Assembly (NCBI GenBank): GCA_040954595.2
Contig: CM082586.2
Coordinates: forward strand, 9,703,337 to 9,767,336
DNA length: 64,000 nt
Direction: 5' to 3'
Source: Balanoglossus misakiensis
Lineage: Eukaryota; Animalia; Hemichordata
The notes under the pieces are model-generated. The model saw nothing but the letters and a program-made list of their open reading frames with translations, was not told where the DNA came from and made no database searches. Shown in pieces: positions 1-11,257 of this stretch. The first letter of the stretch is position 1; each line of letters begins with the position of its first letter. Both the position numbers and the translations under genes were made by a program.

Positions 1-15
1 AATATCTGTGGCTAA

Positions 16-408
16 TAGAATCTCACACTCCCAAGGACCTGGGATTGTATTTCTCACATGACTTGGGGAATTTCTGTCCCACTCGTGCCGCAGGCGAGTG
101 TGGGGCAAAATATCCCTGACGAGTGTGAGAAATATGATCCCAGGTCCTTGGTGTGTGAGATTATATTTCTCACATGGTCACAAATTAGACATATTCGTTA
201 AAAATGTTGAATAAATTACTCTGGAACTGTCGTCTGGCATGTTGTAGTCTCTCTCCCTATATACACATCGCCCCATTGGATAACATTATGCACGCGTTAG
301 CGAAAGAACACTTTGTCAACCAATCAGCGCTCGATTCTGTGAGAGTGTGGGATCAATTTGTTCTCACACTCCGATCTCAAACTCCAATCGTGGCAGGAGT
401 GTGAGAAA
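16..408. mobile_element. ~400-bp MITE-like element; other copies at ~1583-1975, ~3151-3490 and 21961-22362
   Basis: Terminal inverted motif tctcacactcc...ggagtgtgaga and the same internal sequence at four positions. Confidence 0.8.
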
Positions 409-537
409 GTAGTATATTGGCTGTCAATATGTAACACACCAGTATTCAAGAATGTAGACAGTGTGTTTGTCAATACAGCCAAGCAATACATCATTTGAAT
501 ATTCATGTGTATAATCCAGTGGTTTTTCTCATGACAG

Positions 538-605
538 GTTTAACACTGACACTGAGAGACATAGGCACAGCAAAGAGAGTGACCTTCTATGGACCACCTA
601 GATTG
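538..605 (+). CDS. ELAC2: Isolated 68-bp exon resembling ELAC2 (RNase Z long form) N-terminal region
   Basis: Bounded by cag| and |gtatgt. Reads (G)LTLTLRDIGTAKRVTFYGPPRL, matching the recalled ELAC2 segment [22 protein letters not shown]. No neighbouring ELAC2 exons were recognised. Confidence 0.65.
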
Positions 606-1219
606 GTATGTACATTTCAACTCTTTTCACTATTGGCTGTACTATACATGCTACTTTAGTTGCATCTTTGCCACTAAAGAGATACCTATGGGGGCCCGTT
701 CTGGTCAAAATTGTAGTTTATTAATAAAACGTGTTAGAATTAATTTTATAGAGCCTGGAATTAATTTTACCAGTATGTAGAATTATTTTTTATGTGCTTT
801 AATTATTTTTTGTTGTCATGCAGAATTAATTTTATGTGTTCTAAATAATTATTTTAGCTTATCTTTGTTAGAAATAATTTTGCCAACAATATCCCAAATT
901 ATTTTTACGTGTACAATCGAATTAATTACAGGTGTAGTGTCGAATTAATTACAGGTGTAGTGTCGAATTAATTTTACGTGTTGTGTCATGTTTCCAAGAT
1001 GGCAGTAAAGACAAACCTTCCCTATAGCATGTTCCGGTAGCATGCATCAGGATGTGTGCTCCATGCTGAAAGTGAATTTTTTGTTAGATACCTTAACATC
1101 TTTCATTGAATGTTTAATGTAGTCTGCCTGCAGTTGACAAGAATCTAATTAGTCAAACACAAAAGAGAACTTTTCTAAAATACAATAATTATGAAGAAAG
1201 GTACAAAGATAGAGAGTGT

Positions 1220-1530
1220 GACTTAAATTGCTAATCTCATATACAGTCAATTCAAATTACAGGTTGTTATTTTCATTCCTGACACACTTCCTAATAGACC
1301 CCTTAACTTCTCCCGATTAGAACATGGTTATCATAGTCAGTCAAGAGATAACAATATTCTTCATTCTCCAAAATATAACAATCGGTTAGGTCAGATTTTA
1401 ATCAAATTTGTTGGTCCCACACTTTGGAATAGCATTCCAGAAAGAATAAAAAATATTCACCCTCATTACAATGTACAAATGAAATAAAACATTACTTGTT
1501 ACTTGGTTTATAATATTTCATTGACCCAAG
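1220..1530 (+). mobile_element. Decayed 3' end of a CR1/L2-type LINE ORF2; duplicated at ~2790-3100
   Basis: Translates GQILIKFVGPTLWNSIPERIKN, the typical GPxLWNSLP..IK C-terminal motif. Confidence 0.55.
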
Positions 1531-2104
1531 TTTAATAAAAATGACAACAGACATTGATTTGAATACAAATATCTGTGGCTAATAGAATCTCACACTCCCA
1601 AGGACCTGGGATTGTATTTCTCACATGACTTGGGGAATTTCTGTCCCACTCGTGCCGCAGGCGAGTGTGGGACAAAATATCCCTGACGAGTGTGAGAAAT
1701 ATGATCCCAGGTCCTTGGTGTGTGAGATTATATTTCTCACATGGTCACAAATTAGACATATTCGTTAAAAATGTTGAATAAATTACTCTGGAACTGTCGT
1801 CTGGCATGTTGTAGTCTCTCTCCCTATATACACATCGCCCCATTGGATAACATTATGCACGCGTTAGCGAAAGAACACTTTGTCAACCAATCAGCGCTCG
1901 ATTCTGTGAGAGTGTGGGATCAATTTGTTCTCACACTCAGATCTCAAACTCCAATCGTGGCAGGAGTGTGAGAAAGTAGTATATTGGCTGTCAATATGTA
2001 ACACACCAGTATTCAAGAATGTAGACAGTGTGTTTGTCAATACAGCCAAGCAATACATCATTTGAATATTCATGTGTATAATCCAGTGGTTTTTCTCATG
2101 ACAG

Positions 2105-2172
2105 GTTTAACACTGACACTGAGAGACATAGGCACAGCAAAGAGAGTGACCTTCTATGGACCACCTAGATTG
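2105..2172 (+). CDS. ELAC2: Duplicate of the ELAC2-like exon in the second tandem unit
   Basis: Same sequence and splice sites as 538-605, offset by 1567. Confidence 0.65.
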
Positions 2173-5100
2173 GTATGTACATTTCAACTCTTTTCACTAT
2201 TGGCTGTACTATACATGCTACTTTAGTTGCATCTTTGCCACTAAAGAGATACCTATGGGGGCCCGTTCTGGTCAAAATTGTAGTTTATTAATAAAACGTG
2301 TTAGAATTAATTTTATAGAGCCTGGAATTAATTTTACCAGTATGTAGAATTATTTTTTATGTGCTTTAATTATTTTTTGTTGTCATGCAGAATTAATTTT
2401 ATGTGTTCTAAATAATTATTTTAGCTTATCTTTGTTAGAAATAATTTTGCCAACAATATCCCAAATTATTTTTACGTGTACAATCGAATTAATTACAGGT
2501 GTAGTGTCGAATTAATTACAGGTGTAGTGTCGAATTAATTTTACGTGTTGTGTCATGTTTCCAAGATGGCAGTAAAGACAAACCTTCCCTATAGCATGTT
2601 CCGGTAGCATGCATCAGGATGTGTGCTCCATGCTGAAAGTGAATTTTTTGTTAGATACCTTAACATCTTTCATTGAATGTTTAATGTAGTCTGCCTGCAG
2701 TTGACAAGAATCTAATTAGTCAAACACAAAAGAGAACTTTTCTAAAATACAATAATTATGAAGAAAGGTACAAAGATAGAGAGTGTGACTTAAATTGCTA
2801 ATCTCATATACAGTCAATTCAAATTACAGGTTGTTATTTTCATTCCTGACACACTTCCTAATAGACCCCTTAACTTCTCCCGATTAGAACATGGTTATCA
2901 TAGTCAGTCAAGAGATAACAATATTCTTCATTCTCCAAAATATAACAATCGGTTAGGTCAGATTTTAATCAAATTTGTTGGTCCAACACTGTGGAATAGC
3001 ATTCCAGAAAGAATAAAAAAATATTCACCCTTGTTACAATGTACAAATGAAATAAAATGTTACTTGTTACTTGGTTTATAATATTTCATTGACCCAAGTT
3101 TAATAAAAATGACAACAGACATTGATTTGATTACAAATACCTGTGGCTAATAGAATCTCACACTCCCAAGGACCTGGGATCGTATTTCTCACATGACTTG
3201 AGGATTTTCTGTCCCACTCTTGCCGCATATCCCCGACGAGTGTGAGTAATATTTCTCACACGGTCACAAATAAGCCAAATTCATTAAAAACATTGAATAA
3301 ATAATTCAGGAACTATCATCTGGCACGTTGTAGTCTCTGTCCTTATAATACACATCGCGCCATTGGATAAATTTAGTGCAACTTAGCAAAAGAACGCTTT
3401 GTCAACCTATCATATAAAGCTTTCATTTCAGTGAGAGTGTGGGATCGATTTGTTCTCACACTCCGATCTCAAACTCCAATCGTGCCAGGAGAGATACCTA
3501 TGGGGGCAAAGATTTTTAATTTTACTAATTATTCCTGCGATCTGCCTTGGATTTCATCCTGACCCCCATCTCTCGGGAAGTGCACAACCTCCCTCACATT
3601 TCGGCCTGTCAGGATGGATTCACCCACAGGGCCAGGTTTGACTGCTTGACTGAAGGGGCACCCTCCCATTTTTAGACTAGTATGTTTTTTCTAGTATAGC
3701 TGGTTTAGCGAGCTTTAGTTTTTATTGTCCATTTATTGGCCCTTGCGTTTTCTCTGTAATTTATTAAGTTTTGTTAAGCGAGTTTCTTGTTCGGGTATTA
3801 AAAGCCTTACTTTTACCTCAATCCAGTGTGGTGTGTTTCACTATCTATTTAAATTACAGGGTTAAGAAATCTAAAAAATCAACATGGTAAAACTACACAC
3901 TACAAAAATTGGTTTTCAAAAAATAAAAAGCTACACTACAAATATAAACACCACAACTTGCTCCTCTACAAAAAATGTTTTTCCAATATAAAAAAACTAC
4001 ACTACAAACTTGCTACTCTACAATTTTTTTCCAATATAAAAAACTACACTACAAACTTCCTACTCTACTACACTCTGTTTTTATTTAAGACAGCCCGTTT
4101 GCATGTGGCGCATTTCGCGTTGACATCTTCAGTTTGTTGACACCAAATACTAAAAAAGAGAAGAATAAACACATATCAGTTACACCATGCAGTAATAAGG
4201 AGAAGATTGCCAAGCATAATTGTTACATATGCAGTTGCCCAATACGAGTAATTTCCACCAACCGGAAGTCACACAATTCAACTAAAATTCAGGAAAAAAA
4301 ACTTAATATCATTCAGGTACAAAAACTGTTGACCTAACTGATAAATTTCATTGAGTGTATTTGTAGTAGATGGTCAGAACAAATAAAATGAAATGTATAA
4401 GGATGAGATGCACCTTTATAATGATATTTATTTTGAATCCAGTGAATATGGGATAGCCAATCAAAGAATTTCACTCCAGGGACATGCAAAAAATGTTATT
4501 ATCATAGAATACAATCATTTAGACATTTTAAAGAAACCTTTTACTTACAAGTCAGTGCCGTTACAACATGCTGGTAGGGTGTTCCAATAAATGCGCTGGT
4601 ATTCTTCCCGCTTAGTTGTTCGGGTTCAAACAACCCATCCATCAGCTTTCTTATGACGTAAGATGGCGGCTTGTTCTTAGTACTCACAAAATTCAATCCC
4701 CACTTACTTACAAAGAGAAGGCTAAATGATTGCATTCAGAATAAACATGACCTATGTCAAAAAATTCATTGAGAAAAAAAATGTTTCCCTGTTAAAAGCA
4801 ACAAATTTACATAATTAAACTGTGTATTAAAATGCAAGCATGGGATAACATGAGGTACTAAAGAGAAGGGGTGTATTATGCATGTATATACTGACGTGGA
4901 CTGGGGGGATGCAGAAGTGTGAGCGATGGCGTGCTTACATGAAGAACTGACACTTACATAGTTTGCCTTGGGAATGATTAACCCTCGTTTGGGCGTGTAA
5001 TGACTATCCTCAGTGAAGCCTTTTGATGCACAGGTGTGTACACAGCACTGGCGTGTTTTCTCAGCTTCTGCAAAATAATAGTAACAAATTGAGTCGCACA

Positions 5101-5626
5101 AATGCACCCACTATTTCTTGCTATTTCATATTTCATTCAAATGTCTGCAACAACATATACTGTGCACATAACAGCCCCCCCCCCCCCCCCCCATGCACTG
5201 TTCCAATTACAAGACCTACCCCAATTCTTACTGGCACCATGGACTTATACCACTTATACAATGATGCAACAGGCTTATCTTTTTATAGACACCTAACATT
5301 AGAATGACCTTGTATGTATACCACTCTATTCTGACAAAAATGCAAGTTAATCAACATCACATATAAAATAATATAATATGAATAGAATAAAACCGATTCA
5401 CAAAATATCAAATAGCTACTTGTTAGGCATTTGATTTTAAGTTGGATGGTGTTTGTGTATTGTAGAGGGATGTTTGTGTGCAGTAATCACGCTGTACATA
5501 CCATGCAAGCTCTTAAGTTTGGCATACTATCACTCAAATATGACGCGTTATCGACCAAACTTAGTGTAATAACCCTTAAGTAACACCCTCTTATTTTAAA
5601 GAACACTCATTATTGAAGCCCATTAA

Positions 5627-5709
5627 CCCTCACAACCAAGGTTCAGTCCAAACCCATTGTTATCTATGAAAAGGTTCAACCTGTATAGAAGGAACTGGGG
5701 GTGAAAGGG
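5627..5709. mobile_element. 83-bp piggyBac-type micro-MITE; related copies at ~24325-24400 and, reversed, ~28995-29070
   Basis: TTAA|CCC...GGG|TTAA ends; internal ggttcagtc(c/t)aaaccc shared between copies. Confidence 0.7.
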
Positions 5710-5873
5710 TTAAAGGGACAAAGTCTCAGTTTTGTCCTTTGACTCACTTGCTCTTATTAGAGGTTTCTACCTTTAAATGTTTCATGAAATGTTTAATCAA
5801 ATCTGTCTACAATCGGAGTAGACATTGTTTACATACACCTTTTGTTAAATGATTGTTCTGTGCTGTATTTCAG

Positions 5874-5972
5874 ATTGTTGTCAGGAGCAGGTGAGAAATA
5901 CAGTATGATATCTGAAGGTCTGAGTACTGCATTGCAGTTATTTGATGATATGAAGACTTTGCGATATTCAAG
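5874..5972 (+). pseudogene. MED25: MED25-like exon, VWA domain
   Basis: ag|...|gtaatt, 99 bp. Reads [30 protein letters not shown] versus recalled human MED25 [28 protein letters not shown]. This exon is intact, but adjacent VWA exons were not found and sister exons carry stops. Confidence 0.85.
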
Positions 5973-6094
5973 GTAATTATGGTAAAATTGTGAGGCTAAA
6001 GATCATTCTCTAAATTTATGGGCCCCACTTTTTGAGGTGGTTTATCTGTTTATGTAAAGCTCACCATGTCAACCAGGAAATGATTCCATACCTA

Positions 6095-6646
6095 CAGTGG
6101 AGTACAACTGACGTGTGAAGTACATTGAAACGTGCCAAGTAAGGGCACCTCTGGGACCACACAACATGTCCTTTAAGGGATACAGGCTCTCTCTCCCGCT
6201 CGCTGCCCCTTATTCCATTAATTTTATTTGATACAAGACACCATTTATGTTATTATACATGTGGATATATAGTGAATCAACATTCAACCACACACAAAGT
6301 CTATCCTGCTTGTGGACATGAGAGTGAAAAAACTTGCCAAAATAAATAATCATTCTCTACCATTTATTCGTTTTGGGTGAGTTTTTACTCCCATATCATA
6401 CATGCGGGATGGAAGTTGTGTATGGTTTAAAGTTCATTCACTACATATACACATGTACATTAACATAAACAGTGTCTTGTATCAAACATTATTAATGGAA
6501 CAAGGGCAGCGAAAGAGAGACTTTGTCCCTTTAATAGAGAGGTGTCCTTAATAGAAATGTGCATGTAATATTCTATTCAAGCCATTACTTTTGTCTTGAA
6601 CAATGTGTCCTGATTAGAGAGATGTCTGTATTGATAGGTTTCACTG
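6095..6646. mobile_element. TA-flanked Tc1/mariner-pogo-type MITE containing a nested foldback element
   Basis: TA|CAGTG...CACTG|TA ends. Confidence 0.6.
6177..6530. mobile_element. TTAA-flanked foldback MITE (Kolobok-like ends)
   Basis: ttaa|ggga...tccct|ttaa; the two halves are imperfect reverse complements (ttgatacaagacac / gtgtcttgtatcaa). Confidence 0.7.
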
Positions 6647-7667
6647 TATTATCAACATTTTCAGTTTCATAATCCTTCTGTGTTTGCCAGAGAATTTTGA
6701 CAGCAGTCAAAAGCTTTCTCTGCCATACCCACAATAAAAGAAAGCTTGCACCTGTGTTTTACTGTTTTCAAAGGGGAAATCTGGTCCAGCTGATTTCTAC
6801 ATAATTTGGTAGCTTTGAGGTCACTCTTTCAGAAAAAAAAAACATATTCGTCAAGTATAAGTCGTCAGGTATTTTACAAAATCGAGGGAAAGTTGGCAGA
6901 ATTTATAATATGGCCTTAACTGTAATTTGAATCATGGGAAAAAAAGCGCCAGGACCAACTTCCATCCACCTTGGTGTGGGTGATACCATTTTCCAATGGG
7001 TGTAACTGCGTGACGGCTTGGGTATCTGTTGCTGAGCAAATATTTGAAATCATACAATCCAGATTCTAAAGTTCACAGGACAAATATACAACATGTTTAC
7101 ATGGCCATTTACAACCAATTCATCCTATTGTGGTGATGTACAAAACCTTTTTTGTGGTTTGTTAAAGTTTTCATTACTCTAAATGGGTACTTCCATAAAA
7201 TGGTAGTAATATATTTATTAATATTTATTACACATCACATATTATTACTCGCTCTGGCTTTTTTGTCAAATTTTCAAATAAAAAAGGCAGTTATTACTTT
7301 GATGGGACCAAGAAAAGATTTTGCCATAGGATATCAAAAGGACACTTTCATTGTTTTTATGAAATGTTGTTTTTCTGTTCTATAAAAGATGAAAATTGTT
7401 CTACTCCATTTTTGGGTCAAAAAATATTTTCATCAGATTGGTTTGAGGGTTAGATGTTGTAGCTAATAGTGTAAAGGCCATGATTGTTTTTGTTCACAAA
7501 TATATTCAATTACAATGTATCATTATTATGCAGTTTTACCAATGTTGAGAGGCTTTCCTTGTCAACTGGCCTGTGTGTATGCATCAAATCCTTCATGTAA
7601 AAGGTCAAATCAGAAAGTATTTCTAACAATGATTAGACTAAACTAGGAGACTTTTGAGGAGAGTTTG

Positions 7668-7830
7668 AGGAGACATCATGGCCTTGTGGTGAGGGCACAG
7701 GGTTGTGGGTTCAAGAACAAGACCTGGACATGGCCGTGGGTTTTCTATCTGAGGATGGTGACTTCATGACCGCGATATTGTGCCCTTGAGCGCAGCACTT
7801 TACCTCTCATTGTTTTGGAGGAACTGGCTT
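7668..7830 (+). mobile_element. Decayed tRNA-derived SINE
   Basis: A-box-like TGGCCTTGTGG (~7679), B-box-like GGTTCAAGAAC (~7709) and a SINE core-like tgtgcccttgagcgcagcacttta. Confidence 0.6.
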
Positions 7831-8134
7831 TGTATACTAGTGATCTGCACCTGTTCCAGTCATTCTATCCTAGGTAGACATATTTTCTTTGTTTGCAATA
7901 GATGAATTACTGTCAAACAGGAAATTATTGTGAACTTCGCGAGAACCAAAAAATGCAAATTAAAAGTCACGTAAAAATGTTTTTCAGGGATATTGGTGCA
8001 GTTAGTGAAATATAAGAAAGCAAAATTTAAGTGTAGCATAACAGTTGTCTCTATTGATATTGCAAACATTTCCAGTCACAGAAATTTCCCGTTTTACAGT
8101 ATATAAATAAATCAACTAAATATTTTTACTACAG

Positions 8135-8397
8135 GTGCCGCACCAACAAGTCATCTGTCACTTGGACAACCAAGTCAAATTGGAAGTCAGTCTCCACAAC
8201 AACTGCCATCCTCTCAACAGAAACTGACTCAACCAAGTCAGCCCCAGATGCAGGGCCAAGGTCAAAGGTCATCAATGTCTTTTGGTCAGCCTACCACTTA
8301 ACCCAACCAACCAGTATCCACTGTCACAGCAAACAGGACACAACAACCCAATGTGACTGTTTGAAGTATCCCCATGAGACAATTTTCATCCACCCAG
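8135..8397 (+). pseudogene. Q/P/S-rich exon with two in-frame stops; probable MED25 linker
   Basis: acag|...|gtacag, phase 1 to 0. Reads APTSHLSLGQPSQIGSQSPQQLPSSQQ... with TAA and TGA in frame. Confidence 0.55.
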
Positions 8398-8822
8398 GTA
8401 CAGTTGTGGTCTACCTTCTACTTTATGAGATTTAAATTAGCTGTTTCTAGTTACCCATCCTGTGAATTGAAAGCTTTTTATGACTGTTTCACATAGCCTT
8501 GTCTAACCATTATCTTTACAGTAGACTATTGTTTCAAAACAAATTCAAAACTTCTGTTTTGGTTGCTAGAAACCCACTCTGTAAATGCTAAGACTTTTTT
8601 GGATAATGCCACAGACTCAGTAATCAAATTCAATTTTTAATGTGATTAATGTTGATAAGCCCTAAAACTCAACCCCATCCAAATGTGTGTTGAAAATAGG
8701 ACTTTGAGAGTTGCAAGCTCAACATCGAATCAAAAATTGCAGTCATGAATTAAAAATGGGGTTTTGAATACTGGCCTTGATAATGCTCCATATTAACTAG
8801 GTTTGTTAATCTTTTTGGACAG

Positions 8823-9006
8823 GCAACTTCACCACCAAAGATGACTTCCCAGCATGCACCAGCTGCTGCACTGAAAGGCGTAGAAGGTGTCATGCAAATG
8901 GCAAATGCTTGTCAGTTCAGTAAGACGCCACCAATTGCTGATGTGAATTCTATCAACTCACAGCCACAGGAGAGATGGCCAGGTACAGATTCACAGACAC
9001 AAAGAG
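8823..9006 (+). pseudogene. Exon, probable MED25 linker (SD1-like)
   Basis: acag|...|gtaggt, phase 0 to 1, compatible with the preceding exon. Reads ATSPPKMTSQHAPAAALKGVEGVMQMANA, loosely like MED25 AAQVAAQNAVEAA. Confidence 0.5.
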
Positions 9007-9013
9007 GTAGGTA

Positions 9014-9346
9014 CAGTCAAACCTGTCTATACTGGCCAGACAGGGGACTTTCCTAACTGGCCTTTATAGAAAGGTGGCCTCTACAGTCAGGTCATTTAAT
9101 GTGCAATGTGTAATATATTGCTATATTATTGTGGGCTTATACCAGAGTGATTAGACGACACAGGACATGTGTGTACAAACTAGACAGCCATGCTGCTTTT
9201 TTATTGCCAACTGCACATGCTCACTCGTTCAGCCTCGTACACTGCAAATTTATACATAACAGTAAATACCAATACATAACACAATGTATATGGACTGTAA
9301 CAGAGTAGCCACTGTATAGAGGTGGCACCTAACACGGGTTTGACTG
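9014..9346. mobile_element. TA-flanked CAGTCAAACC-family MITE (Tc1/pogo-type); relatives at 23490-23675 and 24134-24303
   Basis: TA|cagtcaaacc...ggtttgactg|TA. Confidence 0.8.
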
Positions 9347-9596
9347 TAACATCTGTTATGTTGCCATGGCAGTCATTTACTGTTAATTTGATTATACAGA
9401 GGAAAAAATATTAGAGTTCCCTTTCTTATATTCTCATATCAGTGGCAGAGTACGCCAGTGTCACTGTAAAATTTTGTCGACATTTTTGCTAAGTTAGCTG
9501 TAGTAGCTGTTGGCTATTTTTTCTGTATTTTTAATCCAAGGAATTAAAGTGAATTCAATGCTTATAAATAATTTCTAATTTCTTCTTACCCTCCAG

Positions 9597-9719
9597 ATAT
9601 GAATGAATGTCACAGTGGTGGATATGCATGTCGACACTATTGTCAGAATACCCATGGTAGTTATCGCTGCACTTGCAGACCAGGATTCTATCTGCTGGAT
9701 GATGGCCATGCATGTGCTG
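9597..9719 (+). CDS. Calcium-binding EGF-domain exon, intact
   Basis: 123 bp, phase 1-1, ag|...|gt. Reads DMNECHSGGYACRHYCQNTHGSYRCTCRPGFYLLDDGHACA with all six Cys and the D-x-N-E-C consensus. Confidence 0.92.
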
Positions 9720-9735
9720 GTATGTAACTGTGGAT

Positions 9736-10190
9736 TTTGGTCTCTTCTGTGGCTACATTGTCTGGGGATTGTATATTGCTATGGTTACAATCAGCTAAAC
9801 GTTGGTCTCTTCTGTGGCTACACTGTTTGGGGATTGCATATTGCTATGGTTACAATCAGCTAAACATTGGTCTCTTCTGTGGCTACATTGTTTGGGGATT
9901 GTATATTGCTATGGTTACAATCAGCTAAACATTGGTCTCTTCTGTGGCTACATTGTTTGGGGATTGTATATTGCTATGGTTACAATCAGCTAAACATTGG
10001 TCTCTTCTGTGGCTATACTGTTTGGGGATTGTATATTGCTATGGTTACAATCAGCTAAACATTGGTCTCTTCTGTGGCTACACTGTTTGGGGATTGCATA
10101 TTGCTATGGTTACAATCAGCTAAACATTGGTCTCTTCGATGGCTACTCTGTTTGGGGATTGTATATTGCTATGGTTACAATCAGCTAAAC
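9736..10190. repeat. 65-bp minisatellite, about 7 copies
   Basis: Unit ttggtctcttctgtggctacattgtttggggattgtatattgctatggttacaatcagctaaac; ORFs recur every 65 bp. Confidence 0.95.
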
Positions 10191-10804
10191 ACACATCCTG
10201 TCTATCCATTGCACACATTTTAAAATTTGAAATCAACCGCACACTCGTACTGAACACATGTTTGTTGAAATTGTATCTCAGAATTTTTCGAATTATAATT
10301 ATGCATAATATAAACAAATTAACAAATGTGAAAACTTATCTTTGAAAATTTGTTTGCAAGTGTGAAAAAGTACTCTGTATTTTAAAAATCAGACAAAGTT
10401 TTGCTGACAGGGTACATGAGTTTCAGGGGATTTTGTTAAAATGAGAATGATAGAGAGTTAAATTCCTAGAAAGGGATCTCCATGGATATTGAGGACTTTG
10501 GTGTAAAAACAATTAATTGATCAAGAAATATGTGGTTAAGAATATGTGTTATCAACCTCACACGATACTATAAGACTGTCTGATATATTCATGTACAAGT
10601 ATTTTCACTACTTATTTGCATAATTCAATGAAATTAGCATAAATTATCAACCTATAGCTAAATAAATTACCTCTGCAAAGAATAAATATACACTTAGAAA
10701 ATTCATATAGTTTTCATCTCATTTTAAAGACATTACAAAATGCTTCTCTGAGGGTACAGTAATTTTTAACGGGTATATTCTTGATAACTCATCACCATGA
10801 ATGA

Positions 10805-11124
10805 TCATTTCAAAACTTAACAAGGCATATGGCTAAATAGGATTCAGTGTTTGTGCACCTTCTATCCACAATGCTGGATCTATTGACAGTTTTCAACGGG
10901 GTTTAAAGACTCGTCTTTTTATTCAGCACTATTTCATTCCATTGTTTTTTTGGTTTATAGGGATTGTCTTTCAGAACTGTTTCTGTTTGTTTTGGGTTTT
11001 TAAGTGTAATTTTTTATCCTTTAAGCTTTCACTTGTTTTCTAATTTTATTATTTTCTGTAGAAGATGTATGTGTATTACATTTGTTAGAAAATAAATAAT
11101 AATAAAATAAATAAATAATAATAA
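10805..11124 (+). mobile_element. 3' terminus of a CR1/L2 LINE with (AAT/AAAT)n tail
   Basis: Decayed YG..FSVCAP...SIDSFQRGLKTRLF motif, T-rich 3' UTR and aataaataataataaaataa tail at 11091-11124. Confidence 0.55.
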
Positions 11125-11140
11125 CTATCTTTGATTTCAG

Positions 11141-11257
11141 ATGTCAATGAATATATGGAGAGAGCAGATCTTTGTGAAGGCCAGTGTGTGAATACAGCAG
11201 GCTCTTTTTATTTCACTTGTGCTGTGGAATATTGATTGGTCAATGGAGAGTGTACAG
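11141..11257 (+). pseudogene. Degenerate cbEGF exon
   Basis: 117 bp, phase 1-1. Reads DVNEYMERADLCEGQCVNTAGSFYFTCAVEY*LVNGECT; two Cys lost and an in-frame TGA. Confidence 0.85.

Larger units (their letters stand above)
1..3135. repeat. Tandem segmental duplication, two near-identical 1567-bp units, followed by a diverged partial third copy to ~3510
   Basis: Identical ORF triplets are offset by exactly 1567 (204/1771, 324/1891, 589/2156). The unit start aatatctgtggctaatagaatc recurs at 1, 1568 and ~3136. Confidence 0.97.

Noticed and set aside
3520-3850. Possible solo LTR or DIRS terminus
   Set aside because: It is GC-richer with an attaaa signal, but has no TG...CA ends, TSD or second copy.
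7668-7760. tRNA gene
   Set aside because: A/B-box-like motifs are present but no cloverleaf can be folded, and a SINE core-like motif follows.
9603-10345. Overlapping 63-86-aa ORFs
   Set aside because: They are translations of the 65-bp minisatellite. The real coding signal is the EGF exon in another frame.
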